From NCBI GenBank assembly GCA_905178155.1, contig CAJINV010000005.1, forward strand, positions 3,044,833 through 3,108,832: 64,000 nucleotides of DNA, read 5' to 3'. The position numbers were made by a program, and so were the translations under genes. Shown here one piece after another: positions 26,701 through 41,700 of this stretch. The notes beneath the pieces are model-generated. The model was not told where the DNA came from. It did no database searches and saw nothing but the letters and a program-made list of their open reading frames with translations. Origin of the DNA: Amoebophrya sp. A120 (taxonomy: Eukaryota > Protista > Dinoflagellata). How positions within the stretch are numbered: the stretch's first letter is position 1; each line of letters begins with the position of its first letter.

Positions 26701-29700
26701 CGAGGTGCAGGTGCTGCGGAAGGACCAGGACCCGATTGTCCGGAAAGATGTGGAGTTGCAATTGACCCACTGCGCGTTACCGTTGACAGAGCCGGACGAG
26801 CAGGCGCAGTCCCTGGTCTTCGGCGCCGCGAGGTGCGAATTGGTCTCGGTCATCTCGCAGCGGTTTGGCCGCGAAACGAATTTGGCGAACCCGGGCGGGG
26901 TTGTCGGGATCGCGGCGATGGACTGTTTGGAAGTAGTGAAGCGGTCGAATTTAACGATGGTGACGGATCCGAACCTGACCTCCACGCGGATCTATCAAAT
27001 GTAAAAATGTCTGGGTCTGGAAGAATGCAAGTTGTCATGCTACGTCCGAATCATGCAAAAATCTGTGTTGCATGAGTGCCAAAAGCTGTCCACTCTTGAC
27101 CAAGTTGGGAGGGAGTTTCTCATGCAGGATAGGCATGAAAGAGACCCCACAGACTTTGTCATGCTAGGTCCCGCATTCCAGACCTCAAGGGTCATGGAAA
27201 ACCTGCATGACAAGTTCGCACTCTTCCAGACCCAGACACTTTTACAGTTGATAGGATCGACGGGGATCTGATTTACAACGACACGGACTTGCCCATGGTG
27301 AATCTCACCGCGATATCAGATGTAAAAATGTCTGGGTCTGGAAAAGTGCAACTTGTCATGCTAAATCTGAATCATGTAAAAATCTGCGTTGCGTGATTAC
27401 CAAAAGCTTTCCACTTTTGACCTAATCGAGAGGCAGTTTCTCATGCAGGAGAGGCATGATAGACCTAACGCAGAATCTGTCATGCTATGTCCTACATACC
27501 AGCCCTCATGGGTCATGGAAAACCTGCATGACAGGTCTGTCATTCTTCCAGACCCAGACATTTTTGCAGTTGATACGCGAAGAGGTGCCGCGAGGTGACG
27601 GTGGACCCGGTGGCGGACGGGAGTAGATTGTCGCGGAGGGATGCGACGATCGAAACGATCAATTGCGCAAACGCGACGATTGAAACGTCTGGCTTATCGC
27701 AATCCGCGCTTTCGCTCCTGTTGCTGAAGCGAAAACAAGACCCGAAAGGTTCGATCTCCACGGAAAAGACCGCCGAAAGGAGAAACACCAAGCCCCCGGT
27801 GTCCACCGCTATCGAGGTGGAAACGTGCCGCGAAATTTGGGTGCAGGAGGACCGACCTTGGTCGGAGCGGCAGAAAATCCGGGACGTGACGGCGACGGTG
27901 GAAGGCGTCAACTGCGCTTCGCTGGATCACAAAGTCGGCCCACTAGGGATGAACATGAACCTGACGAACTGCAGTCGCATGGTGATGAAAGTGGAAACGC
28001 CTCCAGTTTCCGGAAAGGATTTCACGTCGGTGTTTTCCAGAGGCGGGACGTACAGTTTGAGCCCGCTGGAGTTCACCAACGCAAGCGCGGGGTTGACCGC
28101 CTGTCTGAACTCGACGATTTTGCGCGTGACCCCAGAAGAGCAGAACCAAAAGAACTCCAAAGCGATCATCGTGAAGCAGCAGACGGTTGAAGAGAAGTTC
28201 CAGATCCAAAACGTCGCGTATGAGATCAAGAACTGCAAACGGATCGGAGTGGAGTCGGAGATGGTGAACCGCGATATGGACGAGGTGCAGGACGCAGCGG
28301 ACGCGGTCATTTACGCGAGGAACTGCATGCGGTTGACGCACATCAACGGGTCCGACGGCGTTTCTCTTCGGGGTAGGGACTGCCGGGAGGTTTTGGTCAC
28401 TTTCCCCCGTGACGCCCCCGAACCGGTCGACACCGAGCCGTACGAGCTGCACGCGAAAAGGTTTCCGATCACGGACAACCGCACGAAAATCGTCTACGAC
28501 AAGTACAGCAAGGAAACGAGCTACGTGCCGTTTGTCGACATTTCCGTCACCGTGAACCCGAAGCCGCTGAAGTTACTGAACGCGGAGTTGACGCTATGCC
28601 GAGTGGGGGGTTTCATCGCGGTTGGGTGTGAGTCTTCGTCGTCCATCGCGACGCCGCTGAACTACACAAGGAAGTACAAAACGGACAACGACGTGAACCC
28701 TATTGTCGAGGAGATGATCGACGCGCGAACTTTGTGTAGCACGACTACCGCCCCGCCGATCCCGAGCCTGTACGCCGAGGGGTGCGACGCGATGTGCGTG
28801 TCCCCGACGAAACTCTACCCGGCGGGAATCATCACCCCGGGCCAGGCCGCGAACTACTACAATAAACAGGCGGTAAAGGCGCTGCAAGCCGGGCCGAAAC
28901 CTCTGCCAAAGGGGTCGAGCATCCCCTTCTCGAAGGCGTTGCCGTTTGGGAAGGTCGGGCCCGTGCAGTGGACGCTGAAGCAGCCGCCACCTCCTGCTCC
29001 GGGAGGGCCTGGTGGGGTGGCTGGGGTGGCGGGTGCAGCTCAAACACCAACCGGTAGTACGACACCGAAGAAACCGTTTTTCCTGCAAGAGGTGTACGAC
29101 CCGCAGACAGAGAAACTCGAGAAGCAGCAAGTTTACATCAAACCCGAATCGGCTTTAGGGGTTGTGCTGCAGGAGCGGGCGAGGGAGTTGTACCAAAAGC
29201 AGCCGTTGCGGCAACATATCAAATGCAAAAATGTCTGGGTCTGGAAGGATGTAACCTGTGATGCGCATTTCAGAACACACAAAAATCTCTCGTGCATAGG
29301 TAGCAAAAGCTGCTCACTTTCTGTCACCAAAATGGGGGATTTGTCATGCGGGTTCGGCATTGCGGAGGCTTCTCGAAACCTGTGATGCTAGAGCTTCCAT
29401 GCCAGACCTTCTGTGTCATGCAGAAACAGCATGACTCTTCCAGACCCAGACACTTTTACATTTCATGCAACACGGGGCGGCAGGACCTCGTCCGGGAGAG
29501 CAGCCGTTCCGCGTTGGAAAGTTTTCTGGTAGTTCAACGTCGGCGCAACAAGGAGAGATGAGGGTGAGCTACGAGAGAAATGCAGCTGGTGCTCAAGGAG
29601 CGCATGAGCAACGTGATGGCGGTCGTGCAGCAGGTAGTACCACTCCTGAAGAAATGTCTTTGTTACAAATGCAGGAAACCGAAACCGAGCCGCCGCAGGA

Positions 29701-32700
29701 GGAAGTAGACGATGAGGGTAATGTGGTTGAGGACCCGTACCCGGAGGAGAAAGACACCGAAGCCGAGCAGTGGCAGGAACTGCTGCAAGCCGAGTTGCAA
29801 AGGTTCGGAGAGCAGCAGAAGGAAGTGCAGGCACCGGCAGCGGGCAGTAACACATCAAATCAATCTTCAACCAACACAACGTTCGCTATCGGCGTGGACC
29901 CCTTGACGGTTCTAAATCAGTCGAAGTTGCATTTCGGCCCTGACCCCGGCACTAAAGATCCGAAGGGGGTCATAGTCGTGCCCGTGGGTGGGGAAAGAGT
30001 TCTCGCGAACCCGACGGACGCGACGGGGGACCTGTCCGCCGCCATGAAGGAGCTGTACAACGAAAACGCGAAAGACGGCCCTTTTGTGAAAATCAACGGC
30101 ACCAGTCGCGTGCAGTTCAAGCCGTATAGTAAGTACTTTGAATTCAAACCCCCGACGAAGAAAACAAGACTTAACCTCTACCTCCCCCCGCCCGCAAAAT
30201 TTCAGCCCGCGACCGGAAAACCTTTCGCCGTCCGACTGATGTGGCAGAAACTCTGTCCGCCCGGGACAGACTACTTGTCTTTCATTGGCCGAAAATCCGT
30301 CTTCGAGGGGTTTGACTGCGAGGACGCGTACCATGAGGAGGTGGTGATGCGGAAGAAAAACAGCCCTTTGGGGATGAATGTGTACGGGAGTAAATGCAAG
30401 AAAATGGAGATCAAAAAGCTGGTCGGCCGAGCGGATTTGCCGCTGCACTACCGGTATTTAAGATCCGGCGACTTCTTCCTCCACGATTGTAGGAATAGCA
30501 CGATCCAATCCTTCGGCCCCCAGGTGGTGACCAAGGAGAAGAAATTCTCCGCGACGACAAAGGGGGCGAAAGTAGGGACGCAGCTGTCCAAATCGAAGTT
30601 AATCCGCGCGGAGGACAACTCCATCGCGGTTTCGAAATGTCGGCGGGTGCGGGTTTGGGACGAGGTGAACGGCACCCGGTACCTGGACGAGTTCAAGGGG
30701 TCGTTTCTCGTCGAGACGGAAAAATGCAGAAAGGTCGACACCTTCACCCGCTCGCTCAACTCGCTGCCGAAGGCGGGAAGAGAGTATTTGATGAACGAGG
30801 TTTATCAAAATCAGAAGCTGAACAGCACGGTTATGCTGTGTAAAAACATCCCCACACCAGAGTCAAGATGGGGATTTTGCAACACAAACCTAGAACTTTT
30901 GGGGGTCACGCATCACAAGTCGCAGTCCGTAGTGTAGTGCAGGTTCGCGAGGCCAGCTGCATCAGAAATCCATCTGCTCATCCTGTTCACAGCATTACAA
31001 ATTCCAAAACGAGACTAAAAATGCCTCTCCTGGCGATGCGCATTACAAATGTTCCTGTCATTGCAAATCTGCATGACAACTCTGGTGTGGCGAAAACAGA
31101 GTTGGAATATAGTGGCCGGGAGATGATGGTGATGGCACTTAGGTGTCCGCCTGACCCACCCGCCCTGCGTCTCAGTCCATCTGCGGCTATGGCACAATGG
31201 GGGGGCAAAGTGCGTCGCATTTTGTTTAGCATGACAACTCTGGTGTGGGGACGTTTTTACACAGGATAACGGTGGTGATGACGTTATCTGGCACCGAGTG
31301 CCGAACCATCGTGGTGCAATCGATCGACGACGTCGAGAACACGCCGCCCTATTGTGCCGCGCGGGGTGCGAACTTTGAGTTACTGGATTGTGTCAACATG
31401 GTGTCTCGGCCGCGCGATCAAGCAACCCCGGTCATGCAGACTTGCCAATTAGACGTCGTAACGAAGTGGAAGAACACGACCGGGGTCTCCTTCACGGAAG
31501 CGAAGTGCAGCGACTTGATCGTGACGAGTCTCCCCGCAACGAGCTCGTCATTTGGCTTGAAAATGAAGGAGCAATCGATCAAGAACGTGGAGGCGATTTA
31601 TCAAATGCAAAAGCATCGCACTCGTACTAATCGCAGACACGCATGACAGATCTGATTCCGAAGGTAAATCAGCATGACAAATTCCATTTTACATTCCGAG
31701 GAAATTTGTCATGCGATTTATACTAGTACGATACTTTTGCAATGCATACGATTTATCTGGAAGCGATGGACTGCGGCCCGGAGTTCAAGGGGTCGGAGGA
31801 AATCAAGGGCGCTTTGGACATTTCCGGCACGACGTGCGCGCAAATCCGGATCTGGAAGGGGGGAAAGGAACAGGAGGAAAAAGTGGAAGGCTGGATGTTC
31901 GAAAACAAAATGCTTCCCTACCGGCCGAAGGCGCTGCAATTCCCCGGGCACTTCAAGATGAAGGGCTGCGTGGGGTCGTCCACGACGAAAACGTTGGAGA
32001 ACCAGTGGGTGCCGGACGTCCCGCCGCCCTTCTGCGCCGCGGACTGCCTCAGCGTCCGAGCGGGGTTTTACTCCTATCTTTCCCTACCGAAGGGGCCGCG
32101 GGACGTGGATTTAAGTAGGGAGAAAGTCTTCAACGACACGGTTTCGGAATGTTTAGCCACGGCGTTTGACTTTCCGAAGTCAGCAGTGCGGTTCGAAAAA
32201 GTTTACTTCCTCTACCCCTTACCCCCAAGAAAGGAGTTTGACTGGTGGAAGACAGAACTGCGTTGGGAGAAAGTGTCCGAGAAAGACGCGGAGAAGTGGG
32301 GGTTGACCGATCTGCCCGATATATCGCAAGAAAAAAACTATGTGAGTGTAAGTCTGTGATGCAGAACGTGCGAAACTGTTACACTTGTCATGCTGGACAT
32401 GCACCAGAGGCAATTTCCGTGCGTGTTTTCACGTACTAGCTACGCATGACAGGTTTTCTGTGTCATGCAGAGCAAACTTGTGATGCTATTCCTCCAAAAA
32501 ACTTACACTTACACAGTTCTTTTCCTGGATACGATACCTACACGTGGAAGAAGGTGAAAACGGTGCACATGAACGCGAACACGACGCTACAAATGGGAAA
32601 CTTGACGAACAGTGCAAACGGGAGCAACAAGACCGGGTTTTTATTGCTGGAGACCAACGACGTCATGGAGGAGGAGCAGCAACATCAAATGCCCTCTCAG

Positions 32701-35700
32701 GTCGTGGAAGAAGATCAGATGTTGAAAAAATCTTTGGGTGTAGAAGTGTATGGTGACGAGGAACAAGTACTAGATGCAGGCCAAGGCGAAGGTAGTTCTG
32801 ATGAAGATTCGGACATGACTTTGGAGGGAGAAGCGCTCTACGGTGCAGATTTTGCTGCTGTTTCTAGTCGTGCAAAGAACAAGCCGCGCGGGGGCATAGG
32901 TGGTCGTGGACAGCAGGAGCAACGCCAGCCGGTGGAAGAGGATCTCGAAGAACGGGCTGGCTTTGTTGAGCAGGACAACTCCGAGGAGGACGAAAAAGAG
33001 GAGAAGCAAACGTTCCAGCAGTTGCAGCAGAGGCAGAAGCAGCACAGAAGGTGGCGCAAGATCAGCAAGATTTCCTTTTTACAAATTGATCAAGAACCTC
33101 CCCCTCCGGGGTACGCGAGCTGGACGGAGTTTTACAACGAGGTCCTGATGAAATCTGGGAAACCGAAACTGAACTGCCCGATCTGCCCAAAGCCGCCGCC
33201 GAAACCGCAACCAAAAGTGCGGGTGAGTGTGAAACCGCCGCCCGGGCAGCCGAAACCGAACTGGGAAATGCGGATGAAGACGATGCCCCACGTGCAGCCG
33301 GAACAGAAGTACCTGGAGGAAAACATCCCGGAGTTTCTGCCCCGCACCCCGAAGCACAATGTCGTGCCCGCGCACGTGCAGTTTGTGGTGCAGACTCCTC
33401 TGCATCTCCAGTCCTGGATTTCCTTCACCGACCAAAACGAAACCATGTGGACGGACTTGCGGCAGTGTATGAACAGCAAACTCCGGAAGGCGGACTTCGT
33501 GAATCCGCTTCTCGATATGTTCCCGTACACGCAGTTTTTGCAAATAGTCAAAGAAAACCAGTGGTCGGTGGAGCTCGCCCCCCCGGTGAAGCACGTCCCG
33601 CCCGCACCGCAACCGCCGGTGTGCTGTCAGTTCACGAAAAAATTCGGAAAATGCCTGAAGAAAGCTGCCGCACTGATTGTGTACAACCCAGATTTGCAGC
33701 TGCCGTGTAAATCCCGGAGTCCGAAAGACGCAGAGGAGATGCAGCGGTGTCTATTCCTGCCCGGTCTGAATGTCACAGTGAAAGACGTGGACGACGCGCT
33801 GCACATTGAATTTCTCAAGGAACAGTACCGACGGCTGTTACGGCACGCCGGGTTTCGCAACAAATACGTCAACGACATCGTCGCGCACCTGGGCCACCCG
33901 TTGAAGCGCAATCTCCCGGTCCCGATGGAGGTGATGCCGCGGAAGCCGCAGATGAAGTACCGCGTGAACGAGGATTACATACCCATCCAGGTAAAGTCCG
34001 CTACTTTGCAATTCAACATCACGAACGGCTACGTGATCGACAACTCGAAGCTGTTCGCGAAGGTTGGCTTTCCGAATTTAAAGGCGAACGGACGGGACTT
34101 GCCGATCAGCGAGAATCTGCGGTACGTGCTACGAGAACGGTACAAAACGCTGGACACGCTGAATCACGCACTGTCCTTCGACGGGGCGAGCGATTGCACG
34201 GTGACGGCGAATTATCCAGGAAAAAAACTGTGTAAGTGTAACTTTGTAGGAAGAGCAGCATCACAAACTCGTTTTGCATTACAAACAGCGAAAACCTGTC
34301 ATGCGCCGCTAGCACGTGGAAACACGTGTGAAAGTAGCCTATGACACACATGCAGCATGACAAGTGTAACAGTTTTGTATTTTCTGCATCACAGAGTTAC
34401 ACCTACACAGCTTTTTTCTTGCATACGAATCCGCCTGGACAAATCGAGGAGTACGCCTTGAACTTGACGGAGCAGTTGCATGCGACGAAGAACACCCTGT
34501 TAAATTTCATGCAGAGTAAGAGGCAGACGAGGAGTGAAGCGGCAAGCTCGCACCAGGAAGTCAGTTTGGGACAAAACTCGGTGGTGTGGAGCAATGGGGA
34601 GATGGTGGTGGACAGTTCTGGCTTGGATGAAAATGAAGACGAAAAAGAAAAATCCACTGGGACTATCCTCCTACAAGATGTTGACAGTAACGTCAAGCCT
34701 GCCCCAGCCGCTGCGTCGAAAGAACTACAGGTTCATCATGGACGACACCACCAGCATCCCAGCGCCCTGTTGCTCGAGAAGGGCCGTGAATTCCAAAACC
34801 CGCCCGCACCAGCTGCACAAGGTAATACAACTATTTCCGCTACGACGCAAGGCGCGGCGGGGAAGGCGCAGGCGCTGTCCGGGGTGAAGATTCTGAACCA
34901 AATCCCGGACTTCCCCTCGAACCAGACGAAGGTTTCGCTGTCAGAAATGTTCAACAGGCTCGGCATGGTGGAGACGAAGTCGTTCGATTTGCTCGCGTTA
35001 GCGGTGGAGAAACGACTGCGGCAACGGCGAGTGATCGGCGGCGCGGGCCTGCACTGGGTCATGGCCCGGAAGTTTTACGACGCGTTGTTTGAGGCGCCGT
35101 CTGCGCCGCGGAAGGAGGCGCCACGGCCGTTAGGGCCGCAGAATTTGCGAGGAATGGCGAATCTGAAAATCTCGATGCACGCTATAACCCGCTCAGGTGT
35201 TACAATCTCAAATAACGTTACAATAGAATACGAAAATCTGTGATGCAAGAGTGCGTGATCTATCCAACTCTCGTAGGATTGCGCATGACAAGTTCCGGAG
35301 CCCCAAACCGCACTACAAAAATCTGGCGAAATTTGTGTTGCAAAAGGTGGAACGCTGCGCGAGTCTGTCATGCTCATCATGCAACACAAGTTCTAGATTC
35401 TATTGTAACGCTTGAGATTGTAACACCTGAGCAGGTTATACACGCGAATCTCGAAGACCTGTACCGTGCGATCGACTTGGCCAGCGAGGCGGAGTATCCA
35501 GTGCAAATATGTCTGGGTCTGGAACATTCCGAGACTTTTCATGCAGTTTTTCCAAGCTCCGCCAAGTCTGGAATGCAGGGCCTAGCATCACAGGATCTGC
35601 AGCCCCTTGGTGATGCCTGTTCTGCATGAGAAATGCCCTCTCAGCATGGCCAGAAGTGGGCACCTTTTGCAAGTCACGCAACACAGATTTTTGTATGATC

Positions 35701-38700
35701 CGCAACACGCATCACAGGTTCGCACCCTTCCAGACCCAGACATATTTGCAGTGCATACGGAGGCGGTGGTGGAGGACTTCGGGTTTAGCGAAGACTATCG
35801 ACGTGCGATGCAGAACGCGCTGTACCGCGGGGCCGGGTTCTACCCGTCGAATCCGGGCGACCAGCAGATCATGCTGCAGGCGGGGATCAAGTCCTCCTGG
35901 ACCATGAAGATGGCGCGGGACTATTTTTTCAAGCGGGGTAGGCAGCGCCAAGCGTTGCAATTCCTCGGAATCACCGCCGACTGTGCGTCGCTGATCATCA
36001 CCACGCTGTGCTTCAGCGAAATCATCGGCAAGTGGAACATCATTCCCACGTGCGTCGGCGAGGAAGAGGCACTGGATACCGCTTTGCAAAAGTGGCAACT
36101 GCGCCGGAACGCGACGGAAGAAGATGCGCTGGACAAGTTCAACGAGGGGTTTCGCGCTCTGGTGGAATTTCTCCCCGCGAGTTACGAGAATCTGGAAAAG
36201 GCGCTGGACAAGCACATCTCTGTGCAGGAGTTGCTTCGCGACGTCGGCTTCGTCGACCACCCGGAGTTCCGCGGTCTAGCCGGCAAGCCGGGGTTTGTCG
36301 GGTTCGTCGGCGCGTACGCCTACCGGTTGCGAAGCAGGGCTTTGCAGTACCGGTTGAACCAGTACAGTAGGCAATTGTTGGAGGATAAAGAGATCCTTGC
36401 CAGAGGCGGTTTGGGCCGACCGAAATTCCTTCCCGCGTTTCAGAAACTCGGGCTCCCCGGGTCCTTGGGGTCCACGGTCGGGAACTTCGTCAGTGTTTTG
36501 GAGAAGAAGTATGACCACTTGGAAATCTTGAAAGTGGCGGGGTTAGTCCCCATCGGGATCGGCATGGAGCGGAACTTCAGCAACTATTTGAACGAAGCGC
36601 TGGAGTATCCGGAGGTGAAACTGGAGGAAACCTTGTCCCGGGAGCCGAACTTGTCCATCACGCTGGATCAAAAGGGTCTGCTGTACGACCGCTTGGGCTT
36701 GATCTCCGCGGAGACGACGAGAAAAGACTTGTTGGACCGCGTGGACCTCTTCTCCAAGTACTTCGAAACGATGCGGAACTGCGGTGCGGTATCATTTGTA
36801 AAAACGTCCCCACACCAGAGTTGTGATGCAGATTTGCAATGACAGGAACATTTGTAATGCGCATCTCCAGCATGAGAGGCGTTTCTAGTCGTGTTTTGGG
36901 ATTTGTAATCCTCTAACCAGGATAAGCAGATGGATTTGTGATGCGTTTGTCCTTGCTAACCTGCACTACACTACGGACTGCAACTTGTGATGCGCCGTGA
37001 GTCGAAAACTTCTCCGGTTTGTGTTGCGAAGTCCCCAGGTTGACCTTGGGGAGATGGGGACGTCGTTACTCAGGATACGCGGATCTGGCGCAGAACGGGC
37101 TCTACTGGCTGAAGGGCTTCAGCAAGTACTTCGCGGACCCGGACACGATGGGCCCGAAGCCCGTGAATTTCCCCTTCGGCTCCCCCCTGATGGCGTGTAC
37201 GGGGATCTTCACGGTGAAGACAGATTGGAACACTTTCTACGAGAAGCTGCACACGCGGGTCGTGCGGGAAAATGTTTTGACAAGCACCAGACTTGAGCCA
37301 CAAAAAGTGAAAATCATGGCCGATATCCTCCAAACGGGGTCGGACTTGGATTTGCAGCAGCGGATCATTGACACCACGAAAAACACGACGATTCCTCTCG
37401 GGAAGTATGTGCACTTGAATTGCTTCTTGAAGAACGATATCAAATGTAAAAATGTCTGGGTCTGGAAGAATGCAACTTGTGATGCTACATTTGGATTCCA
37501 AAAAAATCTGTATTGCATGAGTAGCAAAGGGAATGCAATTTCTGCTACGCTGAGAAGACATTTGTCATGCGGAATAGGCATCAAGAAGCCCTCAGGAAAT
37601 CTGTATTGCTAGGGTATGCATCGCAGACATCATGGCTCATGCAAAACGTGCATGACAACTGTCAGAATCTTCCAGACCCAGACATTTTTACATTTGATAA
37701 ACGAGCGAATCGACATGAACACGACGATAACCGACGCGCGGCGGGTCATGGCACTGAAAACCTACCAGTACGACGTGCTCCGCTACCACGGCTGCGACCC
37801 ATTTTACGCGGAGCGGTTGATTCGACAGTTATCGGTGGATCTCTGGGACCACCCGGACATGCGGATCGCGCAACCGGTTTCCACCCCACAGAAGGAGTTT
37901 TTGAAAAGACTCCTCCAGGAGAAAACCGGGGAGGCGCCGGAACTTCCGGAGCAGGTGACGCTGTCCGAACTGGTCGACCGCGTGGAGTGGAAGGCGAAGG
38001 TGCTGCGCTCTCTCTACATATCGCAAGAAAAAACTGTTTCACTGTAAACTTGTAATGCAGAAAATGTATCTGAGAAGTATGTGTCTTGCTACACATGCAA
38101 GACAATGGATTTTTAGTTGTGTTTTCCCTTAGGAATCGCGCATGGCAAATTTTCTCTGTGATGTAGAAACTTGTGACGCAAAACTTGCAAAATCCTTACA
38201 GTGAAACACTTTTTTCGTGCGATACTACATCCTCGGCTTTCGGTTCGTCCGGGTGCCGGAAATCGCCAAAAAGTTGTTTACCGGGGAGAGAAGAAACCCC
38301 TTACCCTACTTCGACGAGCACGAGCCGATCTATTTGTCCCTGGAGTTGGGCCGGAAGTCCATGCTCGGCACGTTCCGGTCGAAAGTGAGACAACACGCGA
38401 GACGGGTGGACGTACTTTTAAACGCCGGTTTACCAGAGGATTACGCGAGCACGCTAGCCGTAGCGATGTTCGATAAGTTACCCACAGAACTTCCCATTCC
38501 CAAACCGCCCTCACAAGCGGAGACCGATATTCTGTGCTCTCTAGGTGTGGATTATTTGAAGCAAAATGTGTCGGGTTTGGTGAACGCGAGTGACCGGAAG
38601 GAGTACGAGCTGCAAGTTCTGAAAAACATCGGGTTCAACTGCAGCTACGCGCACACCATGTCCCGCGCCCTAGACGACGCCCCCGGGCACGGGTGTTCGG

Positions 38701-41700
38701 CCTCGAAGTTTCAGGGGGCGGAGCCGATCACCGAGCCGGCCAGCGGGTGCGAGAACCGGAACGCGCTACAGCAACTGGGGATGAAAACGACGAGTACTTG
38801 GGGAGAATTGTACAAGGTTTTGAAAAACAAGACGCCCGACATGCTGGCGAACCAGGGTTTCGGTTTTGACCTCGACTTCATCACGGCGATCCACGAGAAG
38901 CTGCTGGTGATGCCCAAGGAATGCTTTTCCGACGAGGCTTTGGACGAAATGGTCACGTCGAGAACCAGGACAAGCTTGCTGCAGAAGTTCGCGGACAGGA
39001 GAGAATCAAAATTTTTGCGGAAAGAACGCAAAAATCTACACCAGCTGCGAGGGAGAAGTTACGAATCGGAAGGATTTCAGCAGCGGCAACTCCCGAATTC
39101 GCAAAACAAGTCGGACATCGTCGGGTATCAGGTGGCCATTGTCCCGGTCTACAAGTACTTGAAGGGCAAGGCGATCCAGCCGCTCACGCCCTCGCAAGCC
39201 CAGGCCATGGCGAACAAGGCGGTTGGGAGCACCCTCGCCTTGAAGCCCGTGGCTTGCCGGCGGGGGAAGGATGATTTGCCCTTGACCTCTTGGCCGTTGC
39301 CGCGAGCGGGTTACGGGTGCATGAACTTAGAGGCGCTGTCGCGGATGCGGGCGGTTTCCGATCCGGCGCAAATCACGCTCGCGTGGTTCGCGGGGGTGAT
39401 CGACAAGGTGATCGAGCTATCAAATGCAAAAATGTCTGGGTCTGGAAACTTGTAATGCTGCGTTGGGAATAGTGAATGCTCTGTAATGCACGGGCAAGCA
39501 TGAGAAATATTTGCGCTTCTTTGTGTTGCGTTTTTCGCATGACAAACTGCGTTTTTGCATGACAGGCGAAGGACTCTCTTCTTGGACACGCATCACAAAC
39601 TTTTTGGTCGTGCCAGACAGGCATGAAAAATCTCAAAATCTTCCAGACCCAAACATTTTTACACTTGATACCGCGCTCGCCTTAGTCACCCGGACTGCGG
39701 ACGAGTTGAAGCAGGAAAAGATCCCGCCCGTCGCCGACCCCGAGGGCAGCAGAGACGCAGGGGCGCTGGTTTCCCTGCGATGTAACCCGAGGGACGCAAC
39801 GTTGCAAAACTTGGTGGACGGGCTCGGGAAATGGTTCCCCGGGCCGCCACCCCCGCCGTGTGTGCAGACGACAACAGTGCCGCCGTTTGTCCCGCGAGAA
39901 TACAAACGGTTCATCTCGCAGTGCGAGTTCACGACAGAGTACGTGGAAAATCAGATCTTCAAAAAGTACCTCCCGAGAGTGGACGACTACCCCGATAAGG
40001 GGATTTTATTGCCGGAAAGATTCCAGGACCGACTCGCCTTCCCTGCTTGCTTCGGCCTGGATTTCAACATCTCGGCTCCGGGTGTGAACATTTCGCTGAA
40101 AAGGTTGGAAAAGCAGGTGCAGCAAAACACGACCGTCATGCTCTACCGGCACGTCCTCCGCGATTTCGGCTACACGAAGGTTTTCGCGGAAACTCTAGCC
40201 TTCGCGGTGATCTACGGCACCACGAATTTTCCCTGGATGAAGGACTGGCCGAAGCTGCCGAAGTTGGTGCAGGGCGCGTGTCCGGTGGAGAACGGCACGA
40301 AAACGTCGGCCGAGAACCCTCTGAATGTGACGTTGACCACTTTGCCGGACGTGGTGGAGCGCATGACGGTGTACCACGAGTTATTGCGGAACGCGGGATT
40401 CTGCGACACGTATACCACGATGCTGTTGAAAGCGGTGAATTTGAACACGGATCCTGCGGAGGTCTTACCTCTGCCGATCTTCACTGAGGAGGACAGGCAA
40501 AATGCCACGTTGATGCCGACGGCCGGGACGTCGAAAACCTTGCTGTTAACAGTGTTGAAATCGAAATCCACGGAGGAGAAGGAGGTTGAGGAACTGGAAA
40601 GGGAGAGACGGGATGGAAAAACCGCATTACTGCAACTCTCCGCATCCTATCGTCGCAATAAACGGTTCGAAGCGGAAGAATTGGAATTCCAGCCGCAAAA
40701 CCCCTCGGCCACGACCAAATTTACGCCCAAGCCGAAGAACGAGACGGAGATCGACTTCTGCCGCGCGACGACCGTTGCTCTGCGGCTGAAACTCGGGTTG
40801 GATGCGACGGCGACGGTCGGGAAATTGGTCACTTGGTTGGAGTTGAAGGGCAAAATGATAGAGAGCGTGAATCAGCTCATCAGTTCCGGACCCATTTTCA
40901 AGCGGCAATTGATCAACGCTTTGGCCATGACGGAGACCCAGCCGTCCAAACCGCTGCCGGAGTTGCCACCGCAGTGCCAGGATTGGATTCCGCTGGAAAA
41001 TCTGGGCGTTCCGGTGAAGGAAGCTTACTTTGTCGATAAAAACTACGACTACACCATAAGAGATCTCGGCCGAGTATCAAAATGAAAAATCCCCCCACCC
41101 CATACTCAGACTAGAAATTTGTGATGCAGATTTGTGGTCACAAATCAGCTTTGTCATGCTAGAAGGGAAAAGGTGCGGACTGTAGTGCTCGTTGGCGTGG
41201 GGAAGCCTTGCATCTTCAGCATGACAGGGGGCAGCTGGAAGTGGGAAACAGCGTGACAAATTGCCTGCAAACGAGGCCGCAGCTGCGTCTCTTGGCCTTC
41301 TAGCATTACAAGTCGATTTGTGTACTCAAATACAGCATCACAAATTTCGTTTCCAATATGGGGTGGGGGGATTTTTCATTTTGATGCCGAGCCCTGCGCG
41401 ACCACAGTGTTACTAGTTCAGTGCTGGGGAAGAAGGGCTTTGGCTTCTCCGAAGAGTTTGGGCTCAACATCGCGAGCCAGTTGCACAACAGTACTTGCAG
41501 CTTTGACAAGATCGAAAAGCCGAAGGAACTGTGTAAAAATATGAAAGGATTGCGGGAATTGAGGCTTCTCCCCAGTGCTACTCTGTGCCAACTCGGAGAT
41601 AGACTACAAACTCTGGTTGAGGAGGGCAGGACTATTGAACAGGTTTTAGGCGTTTTACCCCTGGAAGTGCGCGATGTGCAGCTGTCCCTGCGCAGCAGCA

